DNA from: a virus
Taxonomy: Duplodnaviria > Caudoviricetes
Length of the DNA: 64,000 nt
Reading direction: 5' to 3' (one strand)
Virus record (IMG/VR): IMGVR_UViG_3300037067_007160
Coordinates: 1-64,000 of that record
The position numbers and the translations under genes are program-made. The notes under the pieces are model-generated. The model had not been told where the DNA came from. It did not search any database and saw nothing but the letters and a program-made list of their open reading frames with translations. Shown here in pieces: positions 6,545-14,364 of this stretch. Position 1 is the first letter of the stretch; each line of letters opens with the position of its first letter.

Positions 6545-8773
6545 TTAGTCACAGTTCTGCATTGCTTCATCGCAGACTTCGTCAACTTCAGATGCCTGGA
6601 TACGCTTGGCCTCGAGGTTGGCCTGATACTCAGCCAGATGATCAACGATCCTCTTGCCAGCCATGCGCTCCAGAGACATGGCGAACACAACATCCTTGTT
6701 CGCCCAGGCCCTACCAGCCAAGCCAATCATCAGTTCCGTGGTCCCAAGGACCGGAGTCAGGAACTGAATCCTGGACTTGACGTCGCCCTTATACTTGACG
6801 AACGACTGCCTGCGCATCCTGTCCATCTTGCACCGGTCAGTAACGCCATACTTCTCGGCGACCCACTGACCAAGGACAGACATGTTGACCCGAGACACAG
6901 GCTTCCAGCCACGGAACAGGGAAGCAATACGGTAGTAGAAGCTACCGGACAGCTCCTTGTCCTCAGGCAGAGAGGCCAATGCATCGAAGTCCATACTCCT
7001 GACCGCGCGGAAATACTCCCTGACCCGCAGGGCCAGATCCACTTCAACACCATACCGGGTCGCCATCCCTGGGATGACACGACCATTCCTGGTCTTGAAG
7101 TCCTCAAGCCTAGGTGCCCACAGGCCACCAGGCGTATACTTGATGGAATCGACGAACTGTTGAACTTCAGTGGACATCATCTTCAGATAGATGCCCATCA
7201 GAGTTCTTCTGTCCGTCTTCCCTTGAGCACGGAGCGCATCGAGGACGACCATACACATATTAGTCGTCCTACCGATGAGTCCATAGCCCTTCAGGCCATC
7301 CACCATGACCTCGTGAACATTACGAGGATCATCGCCCTTGCCCTTGGTAGGCAAGGTCAGCCACTTGGCAGCCCATTCCCTATCAGGGAATGTAGGCTTA
7401 CCATCAGCGCCAGGCTGTCCCTGCTTGGTCCAGTCCGGGAAGATCTCCGGACTGAGGTCAATACGCTTGAGCAGACGACCCAGCTCCATAACCATGAGCA
7501 GGTCGCCATCGTAATCCTTGCCCAAGCAACCGACCATCCAACTGCTATCAGTCCCAATAACATGGGAACTGATATCAGACTCAACCCAGAACGGCAACAT
7601 CCAGGGCGGGCAGAACGCCAGCCTCTTTCTGTTAGCCGATTCCAGGTTAGGCATGGCAACGCCATAGGCGCCGGCCACCTTGAAGCACAGGGCCTTGGTG
7701 ATAGCAGTACCCGCAGACCTGAACACCGCATCCCGGATGTCGCTCTGTTCCAGCGGTTGACCCCGCTTAAGGAACTGGAACTCCATCGGATGATTGGGTT
7801 CACCAGTCTTCGGATCCTTATACTCACCAAGCGCAAGCACTTCACCAAGGCTTGCGTTGCCCTCAACGACACGACGCACGAGACCGAGCCTATCCATGAT
7901 GACAGGATCCGTATCCATGAGATTACCAATCTCAGGATACAGCCACTGCATCACGTCCAGGGCCAGCTTCGGCATCCTGTCCTTGGCCTTGCTACTACGA
8001 GCTTCGGCCGTCAGGTCAGGCAGATAGCCCATCAGACCAGCCAGCAGCCCTGAGTTCTCCCAGTGCTCCTTGAGCTTGACAGCATCCTTAGGGATGACCA
8101 TGTCAATCCCAGGCGCCCACATTTCCATTTTATACATGGGCAACACACGGGCACTGGCCTTGATGGGCCACAACTTGTCACCGTCGTGAATGTTGTTGGA
8201 CGAGGCATAGACCTCGGACACATACACCACGCCACCCAGCTCGATATCAACGAGCTTGATGACAGGCGGAATCCCAAACCTAATGGGATCAGCCAACACC
8301 AACGGTGACCTGGCCACCTTATCACGGGAAGACATCTTGGAAGGATCCACGCCGAGGACGGAGTGATAGAGTGAATCCATCACATCCTCCTTGGCATAGA
8401 AGAACTTCCCGGCAGCTTTCGCTGCCCTGCCTCCACCGGTAGGCCACTTAGGCTTACCATACTGAGGAACGTAGCCCTTAGCCACGGAGCGCTTCACCAG
8501 GTCCATATACTCCCTGGGATCAAAGCGCCCGGACAACCAAGTCCGTGCCTTCGGATCCCAGAACGTACGTTGAACCATGATGGTACGCTCCATGAACTTG
8601 CGCATGCCACAAGTGGCACTGCCCAGGTCCCGTTCACTCATACACCAACGCAAGAACTTGCCATTGGCGTAATCGAACGACGTAACCAAGTTGAGCCGAG
8701 GATTACCATCCTTATCCTCAGACAGCTCAACTACCATGTCAGGTATTACTTTACCTCTGTGGATACACAACAT
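6545..8773 (-). CDS. YonO/eukaryotic-RdRP-like single-chain two-barrel polymerase
   Basis: Catalytic GKDYDGD (DYDGD at 7502-7516) plus ordered family motifs KVARSPL, IKA, DMVIPKDAVK, LIGRTTN and QQFVDSIK. Confidence 0.75.
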   Translation of the reverse strand: MLCIHRGKVIPDMVVELSEDKDGNPRLNLVTSFDYANGKFLRWCMSERDLGSATCGMRKFMERTIMVQRTFWDPKARTWLSGRFDPREYMDLVKRSVAKGYVPQYGKPKWPTGGGRAAKAAGKFFYAKEDVMDSLYHSVLGVDPSKMSSRDKVARSPLVLADPIRFGIPPVIKLVDIELGGVVYVSEVYASSNNIHDGDKLWPIKASARVLPMYKMEMWAPGIDMVIPKDAVKLKEHWENSGLLAGLMGYLPDLTAEARSSKAKDRMPKLALDVMQWLYPEIGNLMDTDPVIMDRLGLVRRVVEGNASLGEVLALGEYKDPKTGEPNHPMEFQFLKRGQPLEQSDIRDAVFRSAGTAITKALCFKVAGAYGVAMPNLESANRKRLAFCPPWMLPFWVESDISSHVIGTDSSWMVGCLGKDYDGDLLMVMELGRLLKRIDLSPEIFPDWTKQGQPGADGKPTFPDREWAAKWLTLPTKGKGDDPRNVHEVMVDGLKGYGLIGRTTNMCMVVLDALRAQGKTDRRTLMGIYLKMMSTEVQQFVDSIKYTPGGLWAPRLEDFKTRNGRVIPGMATRYGVEVDLALRVREYFRAVRSMDFDALASLPEDKELSGSFYYRIASLFRGWKPVSRVNMSVLGQWVAEKYGVTDRCKMDRMRRQSFVKYKGDVKSRIQFLTPVLGTTELMIGLAGRAWANKDVVFAMSLERMAGKRIVDHLAEYQANLEAKRIQASEVDEVCDEAMQNCD

Positions 8774-8788
8774 GTGCAGCCTCCCTTG

Positions 8789-9229
8789 TTACCGAATAAC
8801 GACGCGAGAAGTCGCGCCGCTCGCTTCACGTACCAGGATGGTAAGACCATCCTGTCCTAGATGGGCATGACAGGCACTGCAGTAAACAGCGCCATCGGAA
8901 CCAGTAGTGGTTTCGACTTCCATGCCCTCCCGCTTACAGAACACGAAGTCCAACTCAGTGGCCTCGTGTTCCGGACCAAGGTCCCCCAGGAAAGAAGTGG
9001 ATTGCCCACTTCTTTCCCCCAGTGGGGCCCCTCCTCTTAGTAGACGCATACTGCGCCTCTCCTTAAGGTCCTCCATAAACTGGGGGACCAACGAGACAGG
9101 GAAGTAATTCCCAGTCTCAAGATAGTAGACGTACAAGACGCACGTCCACTGATACGGGGTCCAAGAGAGGACAAACTCCTCCTTGGACCGTGCCCACAAC
9201 CACCCGCTTAACTTATCAAACATACTCAT
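8789..9229 (-). CDS. Hypothetical protein (possible Zn ribbon)
   Basis: GGAGG RBS; C...CxxC near the C-terminus. Confidence 0.65.
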   Translation of the reverse strand: MSMFDKLSGWLWARSKEEFVLSWTPYQWTCVLYVYYLETGNYFPVSLVPQFMEDLKERRSMRLLRGGAPLGERSGQSTSFLGDLGPEHEATELDFVFCKREGMEVETTTGSDGAVYCSACHAHLGQDGLTILVREASGATSRVVIR

Positions 9230-9549
9230 TGTATGCCTCCCTTGTCCTGGAAGTAGACTTCCACGGACTTAGCCCAATCGAGCATCTGATAAGTAGGCAC
9301 ACCAGGATTAAAATCACTGTGTGGCGTACTTACGATGGCCCGATGTTGCTCCTTGATGAGCTTCTGGGCCAAGATACGAAGTGAAGCACTGATAGCATGA
9401 TACTCATACTTATCAGCGCACTTCTCCCTAGCCCGTTCAAGTTCATCAACTGCGTTAATACAACTAGCAGCAGCCTTAAGCCAATCCTGCCCGCAAACGC
9501 GGACAGTTGGCATAATACCCTGAGTTAATAACTCAATTGCCGAGTACAT
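9226..9549 (-). CDS. Hypothetical protein
   Basis: GGGAGG RBS; overlap with the next gene. Confidence 0.7.
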   Translation of the reverse strand: MYSAIELLTQGIMPTVRVCGQDWLKAAASCINAVDELERAREKCADKYEYHAISASLRILAQKLIKEQHRAIVSTPHSDFNPGVPTYQMLDWAKSVEVYFQDKGGIQ

Positions 9550-9566
9550 GTGAGCCTCCCTTGATA

Positions 9567-9845
9567 CTAAGCTTTCTTAGCAAAGACCCCATGCGATACT
9601 CGCATCAGGTCTTTGTATTCTTGAGGTTGAAGCCTAGTACATCCAGGAAACGATCTAATGACAAATGGACAATAACGGGCTACCTCAACGGGGCGCCCAT
9701 CCGTCCATCTAGCCATAGATACGTAGACTCCTGAATTAGCACCGGCAAAGGTAGCATGACGGGCCGAGCCATCATGCGTCCTATCAACCGATACAACATA
9801 GATATCGCCTACACGGCGATATCCATTACCATTCGTTTCACTCAT
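9567..9845 (-). CDS. Hypothetical protein
   Basis: AGGAGG RBS. Confidence 0.7.
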   Translation of the reverse strand: MSETNGNGYRRVGDIYVVSVDRTHDGSARHATFAGANSGVYVSMARWTDGRPVEVARYCPFVIRSFPGCTRLQPQEYKDLMRVSHGVFAKKA

Positions 9846-9860
9846 GATCAGCCTCCTGTA

Positions 9861-9891
9861 AGAAAAGAAGTAACTTAGTTACTTCTTTTCT
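9861..9891. promoter_or_regulatory. 31-bp palindrome (15-bp arms, 1-nt centre), operator-like
   Basis: AGAAAAGAAGTAACT-T-AGTTACTTCTTTTCT immediately upstream of the RBS of 9567-9845. Confidence 0.55.
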
Positions 9892-9954
9892 AATGGTTCC
9901 AAAGGAACCAATCTATGAGGGTTCCCTCCCGCAAGCGGGCCCCTCCCTCTACTC

Positions 9955-10119
9955 TTAACGATTGAGTCTTTTTCGTTTGGCATCTTCGTACCCTTGCATG
10001 AACAGTCCGAAGAACATCTGCCCAATCAGCGTAAAGAAACTAAGCACGATGGTGATACTAGTGAACACGAATACCACCATGCCGAAGACTCCATACAACA
10101 CGTTCTTGATCGCTTTCAT
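9955..10119 (-). CDS. Small membrane protein (start MKAIKN)
   Basis: GGAGG RBS; hydrophobic core. Confidence 0.6.
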   Translation of the reverse strand: MKAIKNVLYGVFGMVVFVFTSITIVLSFFTLIGQMFFGLFMQGYEDAKRKRLNR

Positions 10120-10262
10120 GACAGCCTCCTTTGTTCTTTCTTTAGGTCTTCTTCTGTGTGGCCTAAGCACTCATACTTACCACACTCTTCCACCCAATAA
10201 CATTCCATTCTCTCATTGGGATCTATGATGTTGTGATACAGTAACTTTTCAACTTGTTCCAT
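10116..10262 (-). CDS. Hypothetical protein (48 aa, MEQVEKLLYH...)
   Basis: Read by hand; GGAGG RBS; ATGA coupling with the downstream gene. Confidence 0.55.
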   Translation of the reverse strand: MEQVEKLLYHNIIDPNERMECYWVEECGKYECLGHTEEDLKKEQRRLS

Positions 10263-10270
10263 ATATCCTC

Positions 10271-10645
10271 CTATTTGAACCACTCTTCCATGTTGATGTC
10301 AGGTTTGAACCCATGAGCTTTGAAGAACTCGCGAATGGCATACTCATCGCAAGCACGTTCTTCTTGTGGATTCAAGACCTCACCATTACGGCACTTTGTG
10401 AAGACCACACTATTGATGTCATGCAGGTAGTGAGCCTTCTCATGGTAGATGATACATTCCACAAGGTGCTCGAAGTTGCTACCTGTCTTCTTTGCCCACT
10501 CAACAATGGCCTTCATGTACAACACCGCCCTACCAGAAGCAGGGAAGTAGGCAGCATACTCCTTCTTGTTGTCGATGTTGCGTCTCACAACAACAAACTT
10601 CTTCTCCTTCTTAACCTTACTCTTCACGACTTTGAGTTCAGTCAT
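10271..10645 (-). CDS. Zincin-like metallopeptidase (HExxH)
   Basis: IIYHEKAHY...EERACDEYA: HExxH plus the downstream Glu ligand motif. Confidence 0.65.
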   Translation of the reverse strand: MTELKVVKSKVKKEKKFVVVRRNIDNKKEYAAYFPASGRAVLYMKAIVEWAKKTGSNFEHLVECIIYHEKAHYLHDINSVVFTKCRNGEVLNPQEERACDEYAIREFFKAHGFKPDINMEEWFK

Positions 10646-10863
10646 TTGTTTCCTCCTTCTTCGATGAGTGTGGACAGCATATGTTCAGCCGCCCTCTTTC
10701 TCTTATCCAGTTCCTTCTGTTGCTGTTCAATCAACGCCAACTCGGCAAGGTACATTCTGATCCCCTGTTCGAGTTCCTGAGTTCTCTTTCTGAACGGAAT
10801 GAAGTTGTACAGTGTGTACAGCAACACTCCGATCACACAGATACTTCCGATGATCGTCAACAT
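10642..10863 (-). CDS. Membrane-anchored coiled-coil protein
   Basis: N-terminal hydrophobic helix; GGAGG RBS. Confidence 0.65.
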   Translation of the reverse strand: MLTIIGSICVIGVLLYTLYNFIPFRKRTQELEQGIRMYLAELALIEQQQKELDKRKRAAEHMLSTLIEEGGNK

Positions 10864-10945
10864 GTTCTAGTTCCTCCTTTGTTAGTGGTCTTATTTGTGA
10901 CTTGTACCATCTGAATCCCGCAATTTCCATTACTTTCTCCTTTCT

Positions 10946-11170
10946 TTATTTATTAAACGCTTTCTTATTAATTTCTTTTTCTTCTTCAGTCATCTTTCCA
11001 ATAAAGACCAAATGATACGGTCTTTTGGTATTGATGTTCATGTACACACGCACATGTTTCTTGTTGAACTCATCACGTGTGAGGTGATTGTGCGCGATGA
11101 CGTACGATGTCGTAGCATACGTCATGATAAACACAACAATGCAACTGATAACAACCGTGATCTTTTTCAT
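10946..11170 (-). CDS. Hypothetical exported or membrane protein
   Basis: Signal-like N-terminus; AGGAG RBS. Confidence 0.6.
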   Translation of the reverse strand: MKKITVVISCIVVFIMTYATTSYVIAHNHLTRDEFNKKHVRVYMNINTKRPYHLVFIGKMTEEEKEINKKAFNK

Positions 11171-11241
11171 TGTATTTCTCCTTTGGTTGAGTAGTTTAGT
11201 TTCTTATGCGTGTATCATGGAATGCGCATCCCTCCATACTG

Positions 11242-11511
11242 CTATTGAGGCTGTTGCTCGGACGACTTCTTCTGTTCTTCAACTTCTTTCAGCGCGGCAG
11301 CGAGGACCTTTCCTTGGTTACGCACCTCAAGGAAGCCAGCCTTCAGACCATCCAAGAAGGACTTACCCTTCTCAATGGTTGTCTTGGCCTTTTCCCTGCT
11401 CTGCTCAGCCAGTTTGATCACCGTCTGCTCAACCACAGTGATACCGATGGCGACGTTCTGACCGATCTTCCGCGCAGTTTCATTGTTCGTGTTCATTTTT
11501 ATTTCCTCCAT
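11242..11511 (-). CDS. Hypothetical helical protein (likely start MNTNNE)
   Basis: GGAGG RBS precedes the internal ATG. Confidence 0.6.
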   Translation of the reverse strand: MEEIKMNTNNETARKIGQNVAIGITVVEQTVIKLAEQSREKAKTTIEKGKSFLDGLKAGFLEVRNQGKVLAAALKEVEEQKKSSEQQPQ

Positions 11512-11549
11512 GTTTGATTTCTGATTGATACGTGCCTAGATATAGGCAT

Positions 11550-11605
11550 GGACTCATCAGCGTGAGTTTTACCCACGGATGCCCGATAATCTGGGCATTT
11601 CGTCC
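11550..11605 (-). ncRNA. Hammerhead ribozyme, type II (HH1)
   Basis: GGAC-GAAA-UGCCC-AGAUUAUC-GGGCA-UC^-CGUGGG-UAAAA-CUCACG-CUGAUGA-GUCC. Complete catalytic core with three stems; AUC cleavage site between 11578 and 11577. Confidence 0.93.
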
Positions 11606-11610
11606 TTTAC

Positions 11611-11682
11611 TTATTCTCTACCAAGGAACAACTCTTCCACTTCTGAGTCTTCTGTTGATTTGATTCTGATTTCATTAAACAT
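11611..11682 (-). CDS. Small acidic peptide (23 aa, MFNEIRIKSTEDSEVEELFLGRE)
   Basis: Read by hand; GGGAGG RBS; lies between the two hammerheads. Confidence 0.45.
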   Translation of the reverse strand: MFNEIRIKSTEDSEVEELFLGRE

Positions 11683-11709
11683 TTTAGTATCCTCCCTTCT
11701 AGTTTAGTG

Positions 11710-11943
11710 TTACTTGCAGCAGGCCAACAGCGGAGCAATCCCATTGAAGAAGCTAACCAATGAGATACCCAGCACCAACAACGTAGCCATACCCAAAGCA
11801 GCATGGATATGAGCATCAGTCACTTCGACCCGAACTTCATGCACCAACATACCCTGCCAGAAGGCGGACAGGAAGTCGGTACGACCACTTCGGATACTGT
11901 GCCGATACGCATACCTAACTGCATTCATCATGTTCGTATTCAT
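11710..11943 (-). CDS. Small protein with C-terminal TM helix, between the hammerheads
   Basis: GGGAGG RBS; hydrophobic C-terminus. Confidence 0.65.
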   Translation of the reverse strand: MNTNMMNAVRYAYRHSIRSGRTDFLSAFWQGMLVHEVRVEVTDAHIHAALGMATLLVLGISLVSFFNGIAPLLACCK

Positions 11944-11973
11944 TGTGTTGCCTCCCTTTAACTACATGTCTGA

Positions 11974-12033
11974 AGGACTCATCAGCATAGGCATTACCTA
12001 TGTACACCCTGTTACTCTAGGGTGTTTCGTCCT
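11974..12033 (-). ncRNA. Hammerhead ribozyme, type II (HH2)
   Basis: AGGAC-GAAA-CACCCU-AGAGUAAC-AGGGUG-UA^-CAUAGGU-AAU-GCCUAUG-CUGAUGA-GUCCU. Complete core; GUA cleavage site between 12003 and 12002. Confidence 0.93.
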
Positions 12034-12036
12034 GTA

Positions 12037-12150
12037 CTATTTCAGTTTCTTTGCTTGATCAACGCAGTAACGAGCCCAACGATGATCACCTGTGTTGATT
12101 GCACTGATTGCCATATCCATCCACATGTCCATCATCTCTTGAATGTTCAT
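12037..12150 (-). CDS. Small protein (37 aa, MNIQEMMDMW...)
   Basis: Read by hand; shares the leader GGAGGCAACACAATGAA with the gene starting at 11943. Confidence 0.6.
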   Translation of the reverse strand: MNIQEMMDMWMDMAISAINTGDHRWARYCVDQAKKLK

Positions 12151-12310
12151 TGTGTTGCCTCCTTTGTACCCATTCTTGTTTTGGCCCATCAATACACGGA
12201 CCTAACCATCTGTCTTCACTTGTAGCAGCCCACACTATAGCTGCAATGTACATCAACGCAGCCATTACTAGCACTATGATGTTATTTCCATGATGTTCTA
12301 CCCTACGCAT
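12086..12310 (-). CDS. Small membrane protein (likely start MRRVEH)
   Basis: GGGAGG RBS; one hydrophobic helix; 3' end overlaps the next ORF. Confidence 0.45.
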   Translation of the reverse strand: MRRVEHHGNNIIVLVMAALMYIAAIVWAATSEDRWLGPCIDGPKQEWVQRRQHNEHSRDDGHVDGYGNQCNQHR

Positions 12311-12357
12311 ACTACCTCCCATGTACAGCATTTAGTATTAACTACTACTTCAAATCG

Positions 12358-12386
12358 TGAGCAGTTTAATGACATGCTCAGGTCAC
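12358..12386 (-). ncRNA. Compact H-type pseudoknot
   Basis: GUGAC-C-UGAGCA-U-GUCAU-UAAAC-UGCUCA: S1 5 bp, S2 6 bp, intergenic. Confidence 0.6.
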
Positions 12387-12397
12387 ACTATAAGCTA

Positions 12398-12541
12398 CTA
12401 GTTAAGTGATGCTGTGCCCTTACTGATCCACATGTTGTTCTGATACACCATCTCCCATATCAACGTATGTCTCATTTCAGCGTTGATGTTATTCATCTTA
12501 CGGAACGACATGTTGATCTCATACAACTCATTCATTGTCAT
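12398..12541 (-). CDS. First gene of the left arm (47 aa, MTMNELYEIN...)
   Basis: Read by hand; GGGAGG RBS. Confidence 0.55.
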   Translation of the reverse strand: MTMNELYEINMSFRKMNNINAEMRHTLIWEMVYQNNMWISKGTASLN

Positions 12542-12683
12542 TGTAGCCTCCCTTTATTTAAGGTGCACTTATGTTTCCATTACGACCCCGCCGGCATTGA
12601 ACTAAAGTCCAGATTTCAAAGACATATACACCTAGTGAACGGAAATTTATAGAATTTCAAATTATTAATGGTTTCATATATTA

Positions 12684-12693
12684 GTGATATAAT
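12684..12693 (+). promoter_or_regulatory. Extended -10 promoter (GTGATATAAT)
   Basis: TGnTATAAT consensus at the head of the right arm; the same decamer occurs at 33351 and 47835. Confidence 0.65.
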
Positions 12694-12719
12694 GAAACTG
12701 GAGGTGTATATGATATGAT

Positions 12720-13133
12720 ATGATATCAACGGAGAGAGTAAGAAGATGGAGACACAAAAATCCAACTAGAGCAAAAGAACATAGTAGAAAACAGTTAGTT
12801 GGTGACATTGAAAATAAGACATTTAATTATAGGAAAATTCAGCAACGAGCTAAAGAAGGAAATATTCCAATGGATATAACATTGGAAGAATATAAAAAAG
12901 TCGTAGAAGGGAAAAAGTGTCATTATTGTAGAGTTGGTGATCTTCCAAAATATGGTGGTTGTATTGATAGAAAAAATAATAGTCTAGGTTACACACTTGA
13001 TAATATAGTTCCTTGTTGCGCATCATGTAATGATATGAAAGGGCATCTTCTATCATATGATGAAATGTTGATGATATGGAAGGTAAGAATGAAAGAAGCA
13101 AAGGTAGTTGATGTTTCAGATATAATCAGTTAA
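12720..13133 (+). CDS. HNH endonuclease-like protein
   Basis: CHYC...IDRKNNSLGYTLDNIVPCCASCN; AT-rich relative to neighbours. Confidence 0.8.
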   Translation: MISTERVRRWRHKNPTRAKEHSRKQLVGDIENKTFNYRKIQQRAKEGNIPMDITLEEYKKVVEGKKCHYCRVGDLPKYGGCIDRKNNSLGYTLDNIVPCCASCNDMKGHLLSYDEMLMIWKVRMKEAKVVDVSDIIS

Positions 13134-13148
13134 TAAGGGAGGAACGAT

Positions 13149-13517
13149 ATGGACGTTGTGAGCATTAAAGGATTGCCGTTTGAAGTCACCGAGCTCTACC
13201 AGTTGGGTGATGGCCGCATGGAGATACGTTGGACCCCTACGGAACGGGCGATCGATGATGAGTTTCAGTATCTATCGGAGAAGTTGGCGATGCCAGTGGC
13301 CAAGACGGCCCGTCATGCCCAGATGAACAATGATCAGATGCACTATCTTATTGATGAAGGTGGAAAGTGGTACGGTATCCGTTGTCCAAAGGCGGCGTGG
13401 GAACTCTACCTCTTGGCCAAAGGAGCAACGGATGAGGAAGTAAAGTCCTTCATATCCACCTGGACGAAGAGTCCGACCAAGGAACTTTGCCCTCGTGAGT
13501 TGGCAACAAAGGCCTAG
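13149..13517 (+). CDS. Hypothetical protein
   Basis: GGGAGG RBS. Confidence 0.7.
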   Translation: MDVVSIKGLPFEVTELYQLGDGRMEIRWTPTERAIDDEFQYLSEKLAMPVAKTARHAQMNNDQMHYLIDEGGKWYGIRCPKAAWELYLLAKGATDEEVKSFISTWTKSPTKELCPRELATKA

Positions 13518-13522
13518 GTTCC

Positions 13523-13978
13523 GTGAAGAAGGGAAGGAAGAGCACTACTGACCTGGCCGTAAGGGTGCGTGACTATAAAGTCCCCTACCAATTCAAGAAG
13601 ATTAGTATTAGACCCATCCTCATGGCCCTTGGGGATGCTATAGTTGACCTTGGCGAAGTTGCCATCACTGGCCTTGGGCGCTTCTATGTCCATAGGAAGA
13701 GAGTTAATAAAGCAGTAGGGAGTGGGGAGAAGGTTCTTCGGTACGCCGTTGCCTTTAAGCCATACCCGAGTTTCTTAAGAAGGGTGGAAGACAGGTGGTC
13801 CAGACCGATGGAAGTAAAGATCGAAACGAGTCCGGGGACGGACATAGAGTCACCATTACAAGAAGCTTCAAACCAGGAACCTGTGTCATCTGCGGATGGC
13901 AGGGAATCATCGGGATCATCTGTCGGCGGAGAAGGTGCGCAGGCCGCTTCTTCTATGACCTTAGATACGAACTGGTAA
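13523..13978 (+). CDS. HU/IHF-like DNA-binding protein
   Basis: GEVAITGLGRFYV...VAFKP pattern of the HU fold. Confidence 0.6.
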   Translation: MKKGRKSTTDLAVRVRDYKVPYQFKKISIRPILMALGDAIVDLGEVAITGLGRFYVHRKRVNKAVGSGEKVLRYAVAFKPYPSFLRRVEDRWSRPMEVKIETSPGTDIESPLQEASNQEPVSSADGRESSGSSVGGEGAQAASSMTLDTNW

Positions 13979-14364
13979 GGACAAAGGGACGGACCATAGT
14001 ATCCCAGGCCCAGAGGGAACTGTTCATTAATGTAAGGACGTGGGCAAATTCTGATGGTAATACCAGAGAATGCTTCCAGGAAGTCATCTTCCCTTGGAGC
14101 ATAGGGCCTCGTGGGGCCGGATACAGGTATGATATATGTGTGCCGAAACTAAAACTAATAGTGGAGTATGACAGTGCAATGCACAGGAAGTATAACCCGT
14201 TCTTCCATAAGACAGTAAAGGGATATGTCGGCGCCGTCATGAGGGACCAGGCGAAGGATAGGATGGCGAAGAAGGCCGGCTGGACCCTAATGAGAGTGGT
14301 AGAAGGGGCTCCAGAGGGAGGATTGTATGTCCGAAGATTCATTGAACAGCAAAGATCTCGTTGA
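13795..14364 (+). CDS. DUF559/Vsr-like PD-(D/E)XK endonuclease (start uncertain)
   Basis: YRYDICVPKLKLIVEYDSAMH...RDQAKDRMAKKAGWTLMRV. Confidence 0.7.
   Translation: MVQTDGSKDRNESGDGHRVTITRSFKPGTCVICGWQGIIGIICRRRRCAGRFFYDLRYELVRTKGRTIVSQAQRELFINVRTWANSDGNTRECFQEVIFPWSIGPRGAGYRYDICVPKLKLIVEYDSAMHRKYNPFFHKTVKGYVGAVMRDQAKDRMAKKAGWTLMRVVEGAPEGGLYVRRFIEQQRSR

Noticed and set aside
6638-8053. 471-aa plus-strand ORF (and 7357-7929 in another minus frame)
   Set aside because: Shadow of the GC-rich polymerase gene; no RBS and no recognisable motifs.
11939-12162. 17-nt direct repeat TTCATTGTGTTGCCTCC as a CRISPR or att repeat
   Set aside because: Only two copies; it is the shared RBS-spacer-ATG of two small genes. 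No CRISPR array was seen in the window.
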